IMG/VR virus record: IMGVR_UViG_3300028832_000001
Span: 164,007 to 228,006 of that record
Length of the DNA stretch: 64,000 nt
Source: a virus
Taxonomy: Duplodnaviria; Heunggongvirae; Uroviricota; Caudoviricetes
Direction: 5' to 3' (one strand)
Each line of letters begins with the position of its first letter. Position 1 is the first letter of the stretch. A program made the position numbers and the translations under genes. Below are positions 37,319 through 46,280 of this stretch, piece by piece. The notes under the pieces were generated by a model. The model saw only the letters and a list, made by a program, of their open reading frames with translations, was not told the DNA's origin and searched no databases.

Positions 37319-37868
37319 CTAAATTCTCCGGGTGTAAAAATCTAACTTCTATATTAAAATTATGTTTATTTGTAAACATTCTGGATTCTATTTCTTCTTC
37401 ATTATTAGTATCATCAATAAGAATAAATCTATCAGTATTTATTATATCACATTGGGCATTTTTGAAATCAATTAAATCTTTCACTTGTTGAATAAAACAG
37501 GTTTGTTTTTCAAGGCCAAAACGTTTCATTGCTCCAGGTATATGTAAATCTTCAATTAGTATTTCATCTGAACTATTAACCCATTCATGTTTAACTGCAC
37601 ATTGAATAGAATCATCTTTTGTCCAGACAAGACCTCTATTATCTTCTGGTATTTCTAATCTATCAAATAAATTTTTAACAATTTCTTGGTTAATTTCTGA
37701 ACGTTCTTTCCAACCCCAAGTAAATAAATGACATTTGACTCCAGGGTGTGTTATAATAAAATGGGCTTTTAACCATCTAACAATATTATCACACTTACGT
37801 GGAAGAAAGGAACAATTCCACAGATCATCGATAATTGTATTTTCTATGTCAAAAAATATATGAATCAT
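37311..37868 (-). CDS. HAD-like hypothetical protein
   Basis: FFDIENT (DxD-like) and FILIDD; degenerate. Confidence 0.4.
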   Translation of the reverse strand: MIHIFFDIENTIIDDLWNCSFLPRKCDNIVRWLKAHFIITHPGVKCHLFTWGWKERSEINQEIVKNLFDRLEIPEDNRGLVWTKDDSIQCAVKHEWVNSSDEILIEDLHIPGAMKRFGLEKQTCFIQQVKDLIDFKNAQCDIINTDRFILIDDTNNEEEIESRMFTNKHNFNIEVRFLHPENLDV

Positions 37869-37874
37869 AATCTA

Positions 37875-37903
37875 AATATAGAAAAAATAGGATAAAATGT
37901 AAA
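37875..37903 (-). promoter_or_regulatory. sigma70-type promoter TTTACA-N17-TATATT (leaderless transcript)
   Basis: ATG 7 nt below -10, no SD. Confidence 0.75.
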
Positions 37904-37907
37904 TACC

Positions 37908-38348
37908 CTATTTACTATTCTCTTTGATCAGTTTCCTTTGTATTTTCTCCATCTCTTCATCATTACGTTTAATTATATTTTCTAATTTTACCCGATGATT
38001 TTGAATAGATAATAATTTTTCATATAATTTTTCTTGTTTTTTAAGATTTTTTTCTTTTGAAATACGTTTTTCTAAATGTCTTTCATCCCATTTACAACGA
38101 GCGATTGACGGATTAAAGTCAAAATCCCAATGAGCACCGGTCCCATGAAAATGAGCGGTCGTTCCTTCAGGAGTATGACATGCAACACCTGGAGCTTGCC
38201 AGAGAAATGGAAATAAATCTTCAACACAAGTTACTTCTACCTTTTCGTCATTATAATAAATGACATCTCGTTCTGTATCGAATGTTTCCTTTAATGTTCC
38301 ATAAGAACATCTACCTAAATCTCTAAAAGCTTTAAGTGTTATAATCAT
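37908..38348 (-). CDS. hypothetical protein
   Basis: 146-aa ORF. Confidence 0.7.
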   Translation of the reverse strand: MIITLKAFRDLGRCSYGTLKETFDTERDVIYYNDEKVEVTCVEDLFPFLWQAPGVACHTPEGTTAHFHGTGAHWDFDFNPSIARCKWDERHLEKRISKEKNLKKQEKLYEKLLSIQNHRVKLENIIKRNDEEMEKIQRKLIKENSK

Positions 38349-38357
38349 TTATTATCC

Positions 38358-38705
38358 TTAGGCATTAATTGTTGCACGTTCATCTCTGAATCGATCATCG
38401 ATTTTCTTGCTATATGCTCTAATTGCATTCTTCATAAAAGATTCAGCTTCAGTTCTATCCATCTTACCGGTATCTACCTTAAAGATACGACGCTCTCTTA
38501 AATCCTTTCCACAATTCGGACAGAAATTAATAGGTGCAATTGTTCCATTATGGCTGATATACCATGGATGTTCATCGCTATGTCTATAAAATAAATGCCA
38601 ACTGCCAGATCCAAAGGTATCTGCCGAAAAACGTTTAAACCATTTTCTAGGAGTTGGATCTCCTTCTTTGGTTTCAAATTCTACATGTTCACAATATTCA
38701 CACAT
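38358..38705 (-). CDS. Zn-ribbon protein with portal-like C-terminal segment
   Basis: CEYC...FCPNCG then ERRIFKVDTGKMDRTEAESFMKNAIRAYSKK. Confidence 0.65.
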   Translation of the reverse strand: MCEYCEHVEFETKEGDPTPRKWFKRFSADTFGSGSWHLFYRHSDEHPWYISHNGTIAPINFCPNCGKDLRERRIFKVDTGKMDRTEAESFMKNAIRAYSKKIDDRFRDERATINA

Positions 38706-38707
38706 AA

Positions 38708-39169
38708 TTAATCCATATAAATTACATCGGTATTTGTTGCAATATTTATCTTATCAAGGTCAAGATATTTCATTCCTTCTATCCAAGGTTTTGAAAGTCC
38801 TGGACCGATAATACAAAACGCACCAATACCGTAAACAATTTGTACTTCTGACCATTTATTATTATATTTCAAATAGATATGGTAGTTTTCCCATTCATCT
38901 TTTTCATCAAACCAGACAAATTCTCTGAAATCCTTATTCCAAAGATTTTGATAGAAAAATTCCATGCATGACCAGATTTCTTCTTTGTCTTTACCTTTAT
39001 AATGATACATTAAAGATTCTTCTTCAAAAATCTTTTCCTTAGCTACAATTTCTTTAAGCTTAGAAAGCATTTTAGTAAGCTTAACCTTTTCTTTAAGCAT
39101 TACATCAAAATGTCCTTTATATTCAGGATTTTCAGAATTCTTTACAATAACTTTATAAGGTTTTGACAA
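38708..39169 (-). CDS. hypothetical protein
   Basis: 153-aa ORF. Confidence 0.7.
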   Translation of the reverse strand: MSKPYKVIVKNSENPEYKGHFDVMLKEKVKLTKMLSKLKEIVAKEKIFEEESLMYHYKGKDKEEIWSCMEFFYQNLWNKDFREFVWFDEKDEWENYHIYLKYNNKWSEVQIVYGIGAFCIIGPGLSKPWIEGMKYLDLDKINIATNTDVIYMD

Positions 39170-39171
39170 AA

Positions 39172-40041
39172 TTAACTCCGTTTATCTATATATTCCTGTG
39201 CATCTTTACTGCTTTGAACAGCATTGATTACAGTTCTTAATGTTGTAATTTTCTTATGCTCCTGTTCAGTAAAATCATACTGTTTATCACCATAAGCAAG
39301 ATCGTCAAGTTCTTCCTTAAGTTTTTCCAAAGTTACCTTAGGAGGATATTTACGCTTATTGAACCATGTTCGATAATGATTATCTTCAATAGGTCTGATA
39401 TTAACTTTATGTTCCTTAAACCATTCAACACGACGTTCGTTAAATTCCCAGTCGATTGTTCTATCGATACCGAAATTACTAAGAAAACCGTCAAGCGTAT
39501 CAGGCGAGACATGAGTTAAAAATTCTGCAATATCAGAAGCCCTTTCCAGAGTCAACTGTTCATCATAGAAACGATGACTATTTGCTAATTGAATGTTAAA
39601 AAGTTTATCTCTAAACTTTTCATTCTTATCATAATCATCATTAAATTCCTTGATTTCAGAATAAGCATTACCGTTAAAAGTATGAGTTTCATCACCAGTA
39701 ACTGTAATATTAACTTCTTCAACCTTTAAGAAATGTTCAAGTCTTTTAAGGAATGCATCTGTTTCAGTTACTGTTTCCTGATCTTCTCGATCACGTAAAG
39801 AACCGACTACAGTAATATAACCATAATCCCATGTATCTGCAGATTCAGATGTATAGCAGGAAGGATGATAACCGCAATGAACAAAAAATCTTACAGGAGA
39901 TTCAGAACCTGTAATATCAACACCATGCTTTCTAATCTGTTTAATTGACCAAAGAATATAATCGTCAATTCTACTTCTTACAGAAGTACTAAATGGGGTT
40001 TCAACCGAGATTGTTCCATTCACATATGTCCAATGTGACAT
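39172..40041 (-). CDS. hypothetical protein
   Basis: 289-aa ORF; MSHWTYVNG / GSLRDR type phage hypothetical. Confidence 0.7.
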   Translation of the reverse strand: MSHWTYVNGTISVETPFSTSVRSRIDDYILWSIKQIRKHGVDITGSESPVRFFVHCGYHPSCYTSESADTWDYGYITVVGSLRDREDQETVTETDAFLKRLEHFLKVEEVNITVTGDETHTFNGNAYSEIKEFNDDYDKNEKFRDKLFNIQLANSHRFYDEQLTLERASDIAEFLTHVSPDTLDGFLSNFGIDRTIDWEFNERRVEWFKEHKVNIRPIEDNHYRTWFNKRKYPPKVTLEKLKEELDDLAYGDKQYDFTEQEHKKITTLRTVINAVQSSKDAQEYIDKRS

Positions 40042-40070
40042 TTATACCTACCTTTCTAAAATACAAAGTA

Positions 40071-40099
40071 AATATAATAAAAACAGGGTTTTTTGTAAA
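40071..40099 (-). promoter_or_regulatory. sigma70-type promoter TTTACA-N17-TATATT inside terminator hairpin
   Basis: AGGGTTT-AC...AACCCT-T run. Confidence 0.8.
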
Positions 40100-40109
40100 C
40101 CCTATTAAA

Positions 40110-40403
40110 TTAATACCACCATGCTGCAATATGATGTTTGCAACTTGGACATTCTGTACAAACTGCATGTCTTACTGTTTCTTCTTCACAATGTAATCGA
40201 ATTCCAGCTACTACATAATCATAAGGTTTTTCAATAAATCTGTAAACCCACATTTCATTTGGATTTACACTAAATGCTGCCTTACAATGTTTGCATTGAA
40301 ATGAAGTACCTCTTGGAAAATTCCGATATTTGTATGCATCATCTAATTCGACATTATAACTTGACGCACCGAGTGTTTCTTGCACTTCTTCAGCTGTCAC
40401 CAT
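40110..40403 (-). CDS. Zn-ribbon protein
   Basis: CKHC...CPSC. Confidence 0.65.
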   Translation of the reverse strand: MVTAEEVQETLGASSYNVELDDAYKYRNFPRGTSFQCKHCKAAFSVNPNEMWVYRFIEKPYDYVVAGIRLHCEEETVRHAVCTECPSCKHHIAAWWY

Positions 40404-40908
40404 AAGTTACTCCTAAATTTGGAACTTCCCTAGCATCATAATCTTTATTTACTAAAGTTTTAATTCCAGCTATATAATCCGTATATTTTGCATTATAAGC
40501 ATCTATTTCATTAATTACATCTTCTTTAGATAATTCTGTATAATGATTACTATAAAATTCAACCGTTGGAGTAAATTCTTTATCTTTTACCCTATGATTA
40601 AAAATAGTATTATTAAATATTTTAATTTCTACTAAAACCTTAGCACAAACTGAATAACAATCCGAAGTTATTTCGTTAACGCAGTCAATAGCATCGATTA
40701 ATGCATAACTGACTTGATACCTATCTAATTCTTCTGGAGTAGGATTATAATCATAAGCTGCATGAAGGATCTTTATCCACTTACCATTAAGTTTAGAATA
40801 CTCTTCTTTTATAGTAGCAGTTTTAGCTTCTTCTAATTCGACTTGTAGTTTCTTTATATCTAGCTTAATATCTTCTATACTTCTCATGCAATAAGTTCCC
40901 TTCCACAC
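40390..40908 (-). CDS. hypothetical protein
   Basis: 172-aa ORF (start may be MRSIED). Confidence 0.65.
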   Translation of the reverse strand: MWKGTYCMRSIEDIKLDIKKLQVELEEAKTATIKEEYSKLNGKWIKILHAAYDYNPTPEELDRYQVSYALIDAIDCVNEITSDCYSVCAKVLVEIKIFNNTIFNHRVKDKEFTPTVEFYSNHYTELSKEDVINEIDAYNAKYTDYIAGIKTLVNKDYDAREVPNLGVTYGDS

Positions 40909-41114
40909 ATTGGACAGAATTTAATTTGCTTTGAAACACAACGTCTAACCCAATCATAGCTACATTCATCATCGATACTGACGCGAATTCTAAAACCGCC
41001 TGACTTATCATATTGAATGAAGATAGAAGAATTACCGTCGTCTGATAAATCTTTTTTACAATGACAGAATAAACATTTTGGTTTATCCGTTGTTATTGGA
41101 AATTCTTTACTCAT
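40884..41114 (-). CDS. Zn-ribbon protein
   Basis: CLFC...FCPMCGREL. Confidence 0.65.
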   Translation of the reverse strand: MSKEFPITTDKPKCLFCHCKKDLSDDGNSSIFIQYDKSGGFRIRVSIDDECSYDWVRRCVSKQIKFCPMCGRELIA

Positions 41115-41539
41115 TAAAACTTAGCCTTGATTTCTAATTTTTTATCAGTAGTAACATCGACATTCAAAGGAAATACATGTTTACAAACACATTCTTTCTT
41201 AGAATGAGTATAAAGAACTTTCTTTAATTGTGAATCATAGAACTTGATATTAATGTCAAGCCATGTTCTATTTCTAACGAATTCATTTAACTGTTGCCAA
41301 GTCTTGAAATCTTCAAATTCATCAAATGTAATATCAAATCCGTTATCGTCTTCATGAAAATCAACTTTTCTAACCTTAAGCATAAGATCATCATACTTAT
41401 AACCAGTTTGACTATTAATAAATTCAACTTGGAACAAATAACCCCTTGCTAAATTAGGCCAATTTCCCAAAGTTTTAAAAACGTTCATCGGATTTGACTT
41501 CTGAATTTCATCAAAAATTTCTTTAATTTTATTTTGCAT
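41114..41539 (-). CDS. T4 gp19-like tail-tube-fold protein (internally deleted)
   Basis: LARGYLFQVEF resembles gp19 FARPNLFQVEI; downstream strand pattern consistent. Confidence 0.45.
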   Translation of the reverse strand: MQNKIKEIFDEIQKSNPMNVFKTLGNWPNLARGYLFQVEFINSQTGYKYDDLMLKVRKVDFHEDDNGFDITFDEFEDFKTWQQLNEFVRNRTWLDINIKFYDSQLKKVLYTHSKKECVCKHVFPLNVDVTTDKKLEIKAKF

Positions 41540-41541
41540 AT

Positions 41542-41973
41542 TTATTCCTTACTTGGTTTTGGACTGTCGAGATATGGAGGAAAATCCTTAGGCTTTTCTC
41601 TTAAAGCTTTTTGCTTTTCATAATGAGCTTTCCTGCGTTCCTGCGTATCTGTTTCTTTTTGTTTATTAAATTCTTCCCAAAAACTAGCATCCAATGCTGT
41701 CTCACCTGTATATGTAATTGTAGTAGGTTCAAATGGATTTTGTGGATAAACCTGACAACCATACAATGCAACTACATCTGGGTGTCTAATCCAGGTATCG
41801 TCATTTGGAAAATTTGGATTGGGTTTATATGGATTGGGTTTGAAATCGTCTGGTAACTTCTGGATTTCGCCAATTGACTGACCAGCCTGACCCTCTTTGG
41901 CCATTTCACGAGTTAACTCTAAGAACTCATCAGGAGTGCATTCTATATCGAATCCGTTAATTCTTACTTTCAT
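41542..41973 (-). CDS. hypothetical protein
   Basis: 143-aa ORF, Pro-rich. Confidence 0.7.
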   Translation of the reverse strand: MKVRINGFDIECTPDEFLELTREMAKEGQAGQSIGEIQKLPDDFKPNPYKPNPNFPNDDTWIRHPDVVALYGCQVYPQNPFEPTTITYTGETALDASFWEEFNKQKETDTQERRKAHYEKQKALREKPKDFPPYLDSPKPSKE

Positions 41974-41976
41974 AAT

Positions 41977-42501
41977 TTAATCCTCTTCATCTTTGGATTC
42001 TTCACGTTGTTTTCTATAAGCTTCTTCCATTGCTTCTATTTTTGCAATTTCTCTCTTACGCCACTTAGCATCATCACCATTATTAATCCAGTTAATAATC
42101 GGATTTTGAATGTATTTAAGCCATAACGAAACTAAGTAGAAAAATACTGCAAGAATCACTATAATAATTTCAAGCATTGCCATGAGACAACCAATAACTG
42201 TAGTAATTCCATCAAACCATGTCTTAGGTGACAATGATTCTTGATATTTATAAAAATCTGCACAGGTTGTATTAGGAACAAGGTCATATCTATCTCTTGC
42301 GCCTTTCTTGACTGCTACCAATGCATAATTCATTTCTTGGTCATCAAAGACAAATGTTTCTTCAGAAACACATTCAGGTGATTCAAGGAAGTAATGACCT
42401 TTATGGTAAATATACTTTCCACCGACAAAATTGCAGAATAGCAAAGCACCGATAATAACAGCACTGAGGAAATATCTTAAAATTCGTTTAAACATCTTCA
42501 T
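41977..42501 (-). CDS. two-TM membrane protein, paralog of 42503..42946
   Basis: Likely start MKMFKR; EC....Y...V....Y......TC.D.Y loop. Confidence 0.65.
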   Translation of the reverse strand: MKMFKRILRYFLSAVIIGALLFCNFVGGKYIYHKGHYFLESPECVSEETFVFDDQEMNYALVAVKKGARDRYDLVPNTTCADFYKYQESLSPKTWFDGITTVIGCLMAMLEIIIVILAVFFYLVSLWLKYIQNPIINWINNGDDAKWRKREIAKIEAMEEAYRKQREESKDEED

Positions 42502-42502
42502 A

Positions 42503-42946
42503 TTAGTTGTCCTCCTCTTCGTCGTTGTCTTCTTTAAGCCAGTCATAAACTTTTGAAATCAAGAAGAAAATTAAATATACTAATCCGCAAACAATTACTG
42601 CTGCATCAGCCAATATAATAAGAGCACCAAGCAATCCCAATGGAAGTGGCAAGTCTACGTCATAATTCTTGTTTACGTAATAATCATAACAAGTATTATA
42701 TTTAGATATTTGATAAATTGTTTCTCGGTCTGGAGTAACCGCATAAGCATAATATTGTTTTTCACTTGCACAGTTCGGCATTCTTGAAACTTCGACACAT
42801 TCAAGATGGTCAACTTCATCATTTGCCGCAAGGACCTTATAAGGCAAGTATTGAATTGCAATACACAATAGTGCAATAATTGCAATAATAATTTTATGTC
42901 TTTTATTATATTTTTTATCGTAGTGAATATAATCGCTATTAACCAT
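42503..42946 (-). CDS. two-TM membrane protein, paralog of 41977..42501
   Basis: Same two-Cys extracytoplasmic loop pattern. Confidence 0.65.
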   Translation of the reverse strand: MVNSDYIHYDKKYNKRHKIIIAIIALLCIAIQYLPYKVLAANDEVDHLECVEVSRMPNCASEKQYYAYAVTPDRETIYQISKYNTCYDYYVNKNYDVDLPLPLGLLGALIILADAAVIVCGLVYLIFFLISKVYDWLKEDNDEEEDN

Positions 42947-42949
42947 TAT

Positions 42950-43342
42950 TTATTTTCCTTTTTCGTAATTGTTAATTACATTTTTAAGAGAATCAATTAT
43001 ATATTTTTCGTCTACTGCCTGAATATTAACATTATAGTCTATAGAATCTTTATACCATTCTGCCTTTTTCTTAAGACAACTTACAGTTTCTTCTTGACAT
43101 TTTGGTTTCATGGCATAGAACATTTCAAATCTTTTTTCTTTGTCTGGTGCCATATTAAATAATAAAATACCTGCAATAGTGCATACAACACCCAGAATAA
43201 GCTCGGCAGTATCTTCACTTTCCCAGTATTTACGTTTAATCCTGTTATAAATAAACGTTGCTAATGCAAGAACACCGAATGCTCCTACAAAGATACCTAC
43301 CGCTTCAAGAATCCAGGTTAAAAAATTAACAGCTGACATCAT
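42950..43342 (-). CDS. membrane protein
   Basis: Two TM segments. Confidence 0.65.
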   Translation of the reverse strand: MMSAVNFLTWILEAVGIFVGAFGVLALATFIYNRIKRKYWESEDTAELILGVVCTIAGILLFNMAPDKEKRFEMFYAMKPKCQEETVSCLKKKAEWYKDSIDYNVNIQAVDEKYIIDSLKNVINNYEKGK

Positions 43343-43356
43343 CTGATTTTTCTCCT

Positions 43357-43575
43357 TTATCTAGCTTTTGATGTAATATGTAATAGATATTCTAGTTGTT
43401 TAATTTCTTTATCTTTTTCAGTAAGCAATTTATCGACATCTTCCTTACGATAGAATTTTTCATCACTATTCACAGAAGAATATTCCTCACCAACAATTGC
43501 TACAGTTTCGCTGCTATCATCAATAGAACCAATTTCAAACGAATATTCTTTTAATTTAACTACTTCTTTTCCCAT
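43357..43575 (-). CDS. hypothetical protein
   Basis: 72 aa; FYRKEDVDKLL motif. Confidence 0.65.
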   Translation of the reverse strand: MGKEVVKLKEYSFEIGSIDDSSETVAIVGEEYSSVNSDEKFYRKEDVDKLLTEKDKEIKQLEYLLHITSKAR

Positions 43576-43581
43576 AATTCA

Positions 43582-43610
43582 AATATATAAAAAATTAAAC
43601 GATTTGTCAA
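43582..43610 (-). promoter_or_regulatory. sigma70-type promoter TTGACA-N17-TATATT (leaderless transcript)
   Basis: ATG 7 nt below -10; divergent late promoter 7 bp away. Confidence 0.8.
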
Positions 43611-43617
43611 CCCCGAC

Positions 43618-43625
43618 TATAAATA
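43618..43625 (+). promoter_or_regulatory. T4-like late promoter TATAAATA
   Basis: Exact motif. Confidence 0.75.
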
Positions 43626-43642
43626 ATAAAAAGGGATTTATT

Positions 43643-43975
43643 ATGACTATAAATGAAGCAAAAGAATTTCTTAAAAAGAATGGATATAAAATATTAAAAG
43701 AAGATGTGAACTCAGATGAAGCACCGGCATGGGAAGAAGGTTGGAAAGAATTATCTTTTAATGAAAAAAAGGCAGCACGCTGGCTTATGCAGAATTTTAA
43801 TAAAGATCATAGAATTAATGAAGAAGATTTAGAAAAGTCTTTAGATGTAATAATTATTGAAGCAATTTTAGACCATAAAGATGAATGGCTTGAATTTATG
43901 TCTGATGAAAATATTGTAGATATGGTTTATGAATATTTAAATTCATTATCAGTAGATGGTCTTAATAACTTATAA
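43643..43975 (+). CDS. acidic leader-family protein (putative capsid-internal protein)
   Basis: MTINEAKEFLKKNGYKILKE|DV; ATG at 43643. Confidence 0.75.
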   Translation: MTINEAKEFLKKNGYKILKEDVNSDEAPAWEEGWKELSFNEKKAARWLMQNFNKDHRINEEDLEKSLDVIIIEAILDHKDEWLEFMSDENIVDMVYEYLNSLSVDGLNNL

Positions 43976-43994
43976 TTAACGAGGATATATTGCT

Positions 43995-44435
43995 ATGAAA
44001 CTTCAAGAAGCATTAAAGTTATTAAATAATTCTGGTTATATTTGTGAATCTACAGTTGTTGCAGCACCGACATTTGAAGAATATAAAAATGAAGTCTATC
44101 AGTTGCTTTCAAATCGTCTCGGTCAAGAACGTGCTGATATGATTATAGATTATGAAGAAAGAGAACTTCAGGATTATGCTTATAGGCAAGGTTGGTCAGT
44201 TAAGCAAGGTGCCGAAGCAGTCATTGAATGGACAACACCAAGTGAAAAACAGAAAGAAATTTTAGATTTCATGTATAGTAACTGGGATGCTGATAATGAA
44301 CGTTCTTACGGTCCAGATTCTGAATATGACGCAGTATGTGAACGTGCACGAGAACAATTCGAAGATTCAGAATCGCTTATTCCTAGCGATACTTATGAAT
44401 TTGCGGTCCTTTATGGTAAAGAGATTAATGAATAA
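43995..44435 (+). CDS. acidic leader-family protein (putative capsid-internal protein)
   Basis: MKLQEALKLLNNSGYICE|ST; GAGG RBS. Confidence 0.75.
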   Translation: MKLQEALKLLNNSGYICESTVVAAPTFEEYKNEVYQLLSNRLGQERADMIIDYEERELQDYAYRQGWSVKQGAEAVIEWTTPSEKQKEILDFMYSNWDADNERSYGPDSEYDAVCERAREQFEDSESLIPSDTYEFAVLYGKEINE

Positions 44436-44440
44436 AAATA

Positions 44441-44464
44441 AGAGAGTTTAAAAACTCTCTTTTT
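44441..44464. terminator. bidirectional intrinsic terminator
   Basis: AGAGAGTTT-aa-AAACTCTCT-T run. Confidence 0.75.
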
Positions 44465-44732
44465 ATTTTACATCATTACACTTCATGATTTTACCCTCTG
44501 TATCATAGTATGCCGATATTGCCCCACGATTTCCAGCGGTATGATAAATATATGCATTATTTGTTTTTCGGTCGCAAATATAATACATATTAGATACAAT
44601 ATGACCATAATCAATATAATAAAATGATGGTTTTAAACTACTATTAATAGTTACACCTGGTTCCATAGGTGATACTTTTTCACAACCGATTAAGGTCATA
44701 GCAAATGCTAAAAGAATAAATAATTTTTTCAT
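44463..44732 (-). CDS. putative lipoprotein
   Basis: MKKLFILLAFAMTLIGC lipobox. Confidence 0.65.
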   Translation of the reverse strand: MKKLFILLAFAMTLIGCEKVSPMEPGVTINSSLKPSFYYIDYGHIVSNMYYICDRKTNNAYIYHTAGNRGAISAYYDTEGKIMKCNDVK

Positions 44733-44736
44733 AATT

Positions 44737-45147
44737 TTATCCGTATACTGTTGGTCCTGCTGGAAGATGATTTTTAAATTGTTTAAAATATTCAAAATAA
44801 AAATTTACAGATTCTGTAGCAAATGACATCAGATCACATTGCCCTTTGCTATATCTACAATCTACTAAATATAAATCTACATCGTCTGATATAATATTCC
44901 TGAAAAATTCTTTAATAGCATCACCAAATTTATGCATAATCCAGATATCTACATCCATACTTCCGCGAAAATCTGGAAAATCATAAAAAGTAAGTTTAAA
45001 AGTTAACGTAACTTTACAATTATTGAACCGATTTTTACTGAATTTTATACCAAATTCATCTTTTAATACTGATGCAATAGCGATTGACATTGAATCATTG
45101 ATATTTGAATTATCTTTGATTACTTGAAAATCCTCATATATCGACAT
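44737..45147 (-). CDS. hypothetical protein
   Basis: 136-aa ORF, leaderless. Confidence 0.65.
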   Translation of the reverse strand: MSIYEDFQVIKDNSNINDSMSIAIASVLKDEFGIKFSKNRFNNCKVTLTFKLTFYDFPDFRGSMDVDIWIMHKFGDAIKEFFRNIISDDVDLYLVDCRYSKGQCDLMSFATESVNFYFEYFKQFKNHLPAGPTVYG

Positions 45148-45154
45148 ATTTCAT

Positions 45155-45183
45155 AATATAGAAAAAGGATTGACTTTCGTCAA
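45155..45183 (-). promoter_or_regulatory. sigma70-type promoter TTGACG-N17-TATATT inside GAAA hairpin terminator
   Basis: TTGAC-GAAA-GTCAA core. Confidence 0.8.
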
Positions 45184-45207
45184 CCCTTTTTTGAACATAC
45201 ATGGTAA

Positions 45208-45576
45208 TTAGACTGTAATCTCCGATGTAACATAAACTGGATTTAAACCTTGTGCTATCGCAGTAGCATTTGCACATGGTGCGTTCCAGTCAATAGTATG
45301 AATCAATTTATAACCTTCTGTTATTAATTCGTCTACTGCCGATTTCTTAAATGGCGACAATGCATTAATAACAGATTCTCTAATAAATTCTGTTGCCTTA
45401 TCTTTTGGCAGTCTAGCGATTGGAATCCAATTATTTGCAACAATATAACGATCACCACCGTTCTTTAAAACTAATTTAACTTCTTCTTTAAACTTTTTAC
45501 TTTTTTCTTCTGAAAGAAGTTGACCTTCTGTAGGAGTCAAATTACTACATGCACCAAATAAATTATCACCCATCAT
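45208..45576 (-). CDS. hypothetical protein
   Basis: 122-aa ORF. Confidence 0.7.
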   Translation of the reverse strand: MMGDNLFGACSNLTPTEGQLLSEEKSKKFKEEVKLVLKNGGDRYIVANNWIPIARLPKDKATEFIRESVINALSPFKKSAVDELITEGYKLIHTIDWNAPCANATAIAQGLNPVYVTSEITV

Positions 45577-46279
45577 CTTTTAATCCCTTTATATTATATT
45601 GTTCTAATTTTTCTTTTGCTGCTAATAATGCCTTTTCTATATCGTCTATAGTTCTATATTCCTTCCAAGTGCATTTCCATTTATTGGTTCCATAATGACC
45701 AATTTCTGGATTATTAGAATATACGTTGTATATATCATATTCAACTGTATCTAATACCTTTACTCTTCTTACGCCTTCTGGTTTAAAATAATTCCTGTCA
45801 AGACCTTCCGTATATAAAATCGGTGGACAAAATGGAACTATATCTGTAGTATACCAATTCTCAGCTTCATCCCAATCTGCTGGCTTTATAAAATCTAATT
45901 TTTTCAATAATTCATCAAGTTCTTTATTCTTTATATTTGGACCAACATGTAAGTATATAAAGAAATCGGATATTCCTTTAATAAGTTCTCTAATATATAA
46001 AACATCCCAATCCTTATAAAGTAAATCATATTTTCGTTCATCAACTACTACAGATTTACCATCTACAATATTACCAAGAAAAATTGTAAATTCTTCTATT
46101 GGTTCTGTTGGATTCGTAATATAATCTGTCTTTACATTTACCATAACCAAATAATCGTCTTTCCTGTCGTTAACGTTATAATAAATTGTAGACATTCGGC
46201 GTTCATCACCGTAACAATATCCTAAGTCTTTATCCCAACCAAGTGATAAACAAATATTATTAAATTCAATTAAATTCAT
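45566..46279 (-). CDS. hypothetical protein
   Basis: 237-aa ORF. Confidence 0.7.
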   Translation of the reverse strand: MNLIEFNNICLSLGWDKDLGYCYGDERRMSTIYYNVNDRKDDYLVMVNVKTDYITNPTEPIEEFTIFLGNIVDGKSVVVDERKYDLLYKDWDVLYIRELIKGISDFFIYLHVGPNIKNKELDELLKKLDFIKPADWDEAENWYTTDIVPFCPPILYTEGLDRNYFKPEGVRRVKVLDTVEYDIYNVYSNNPEIGHYGTNKWKCTWKEYRTIDDIEKALLAAKEKLEQYNIKGLKDDG

Positions 46280-46280
46280 A

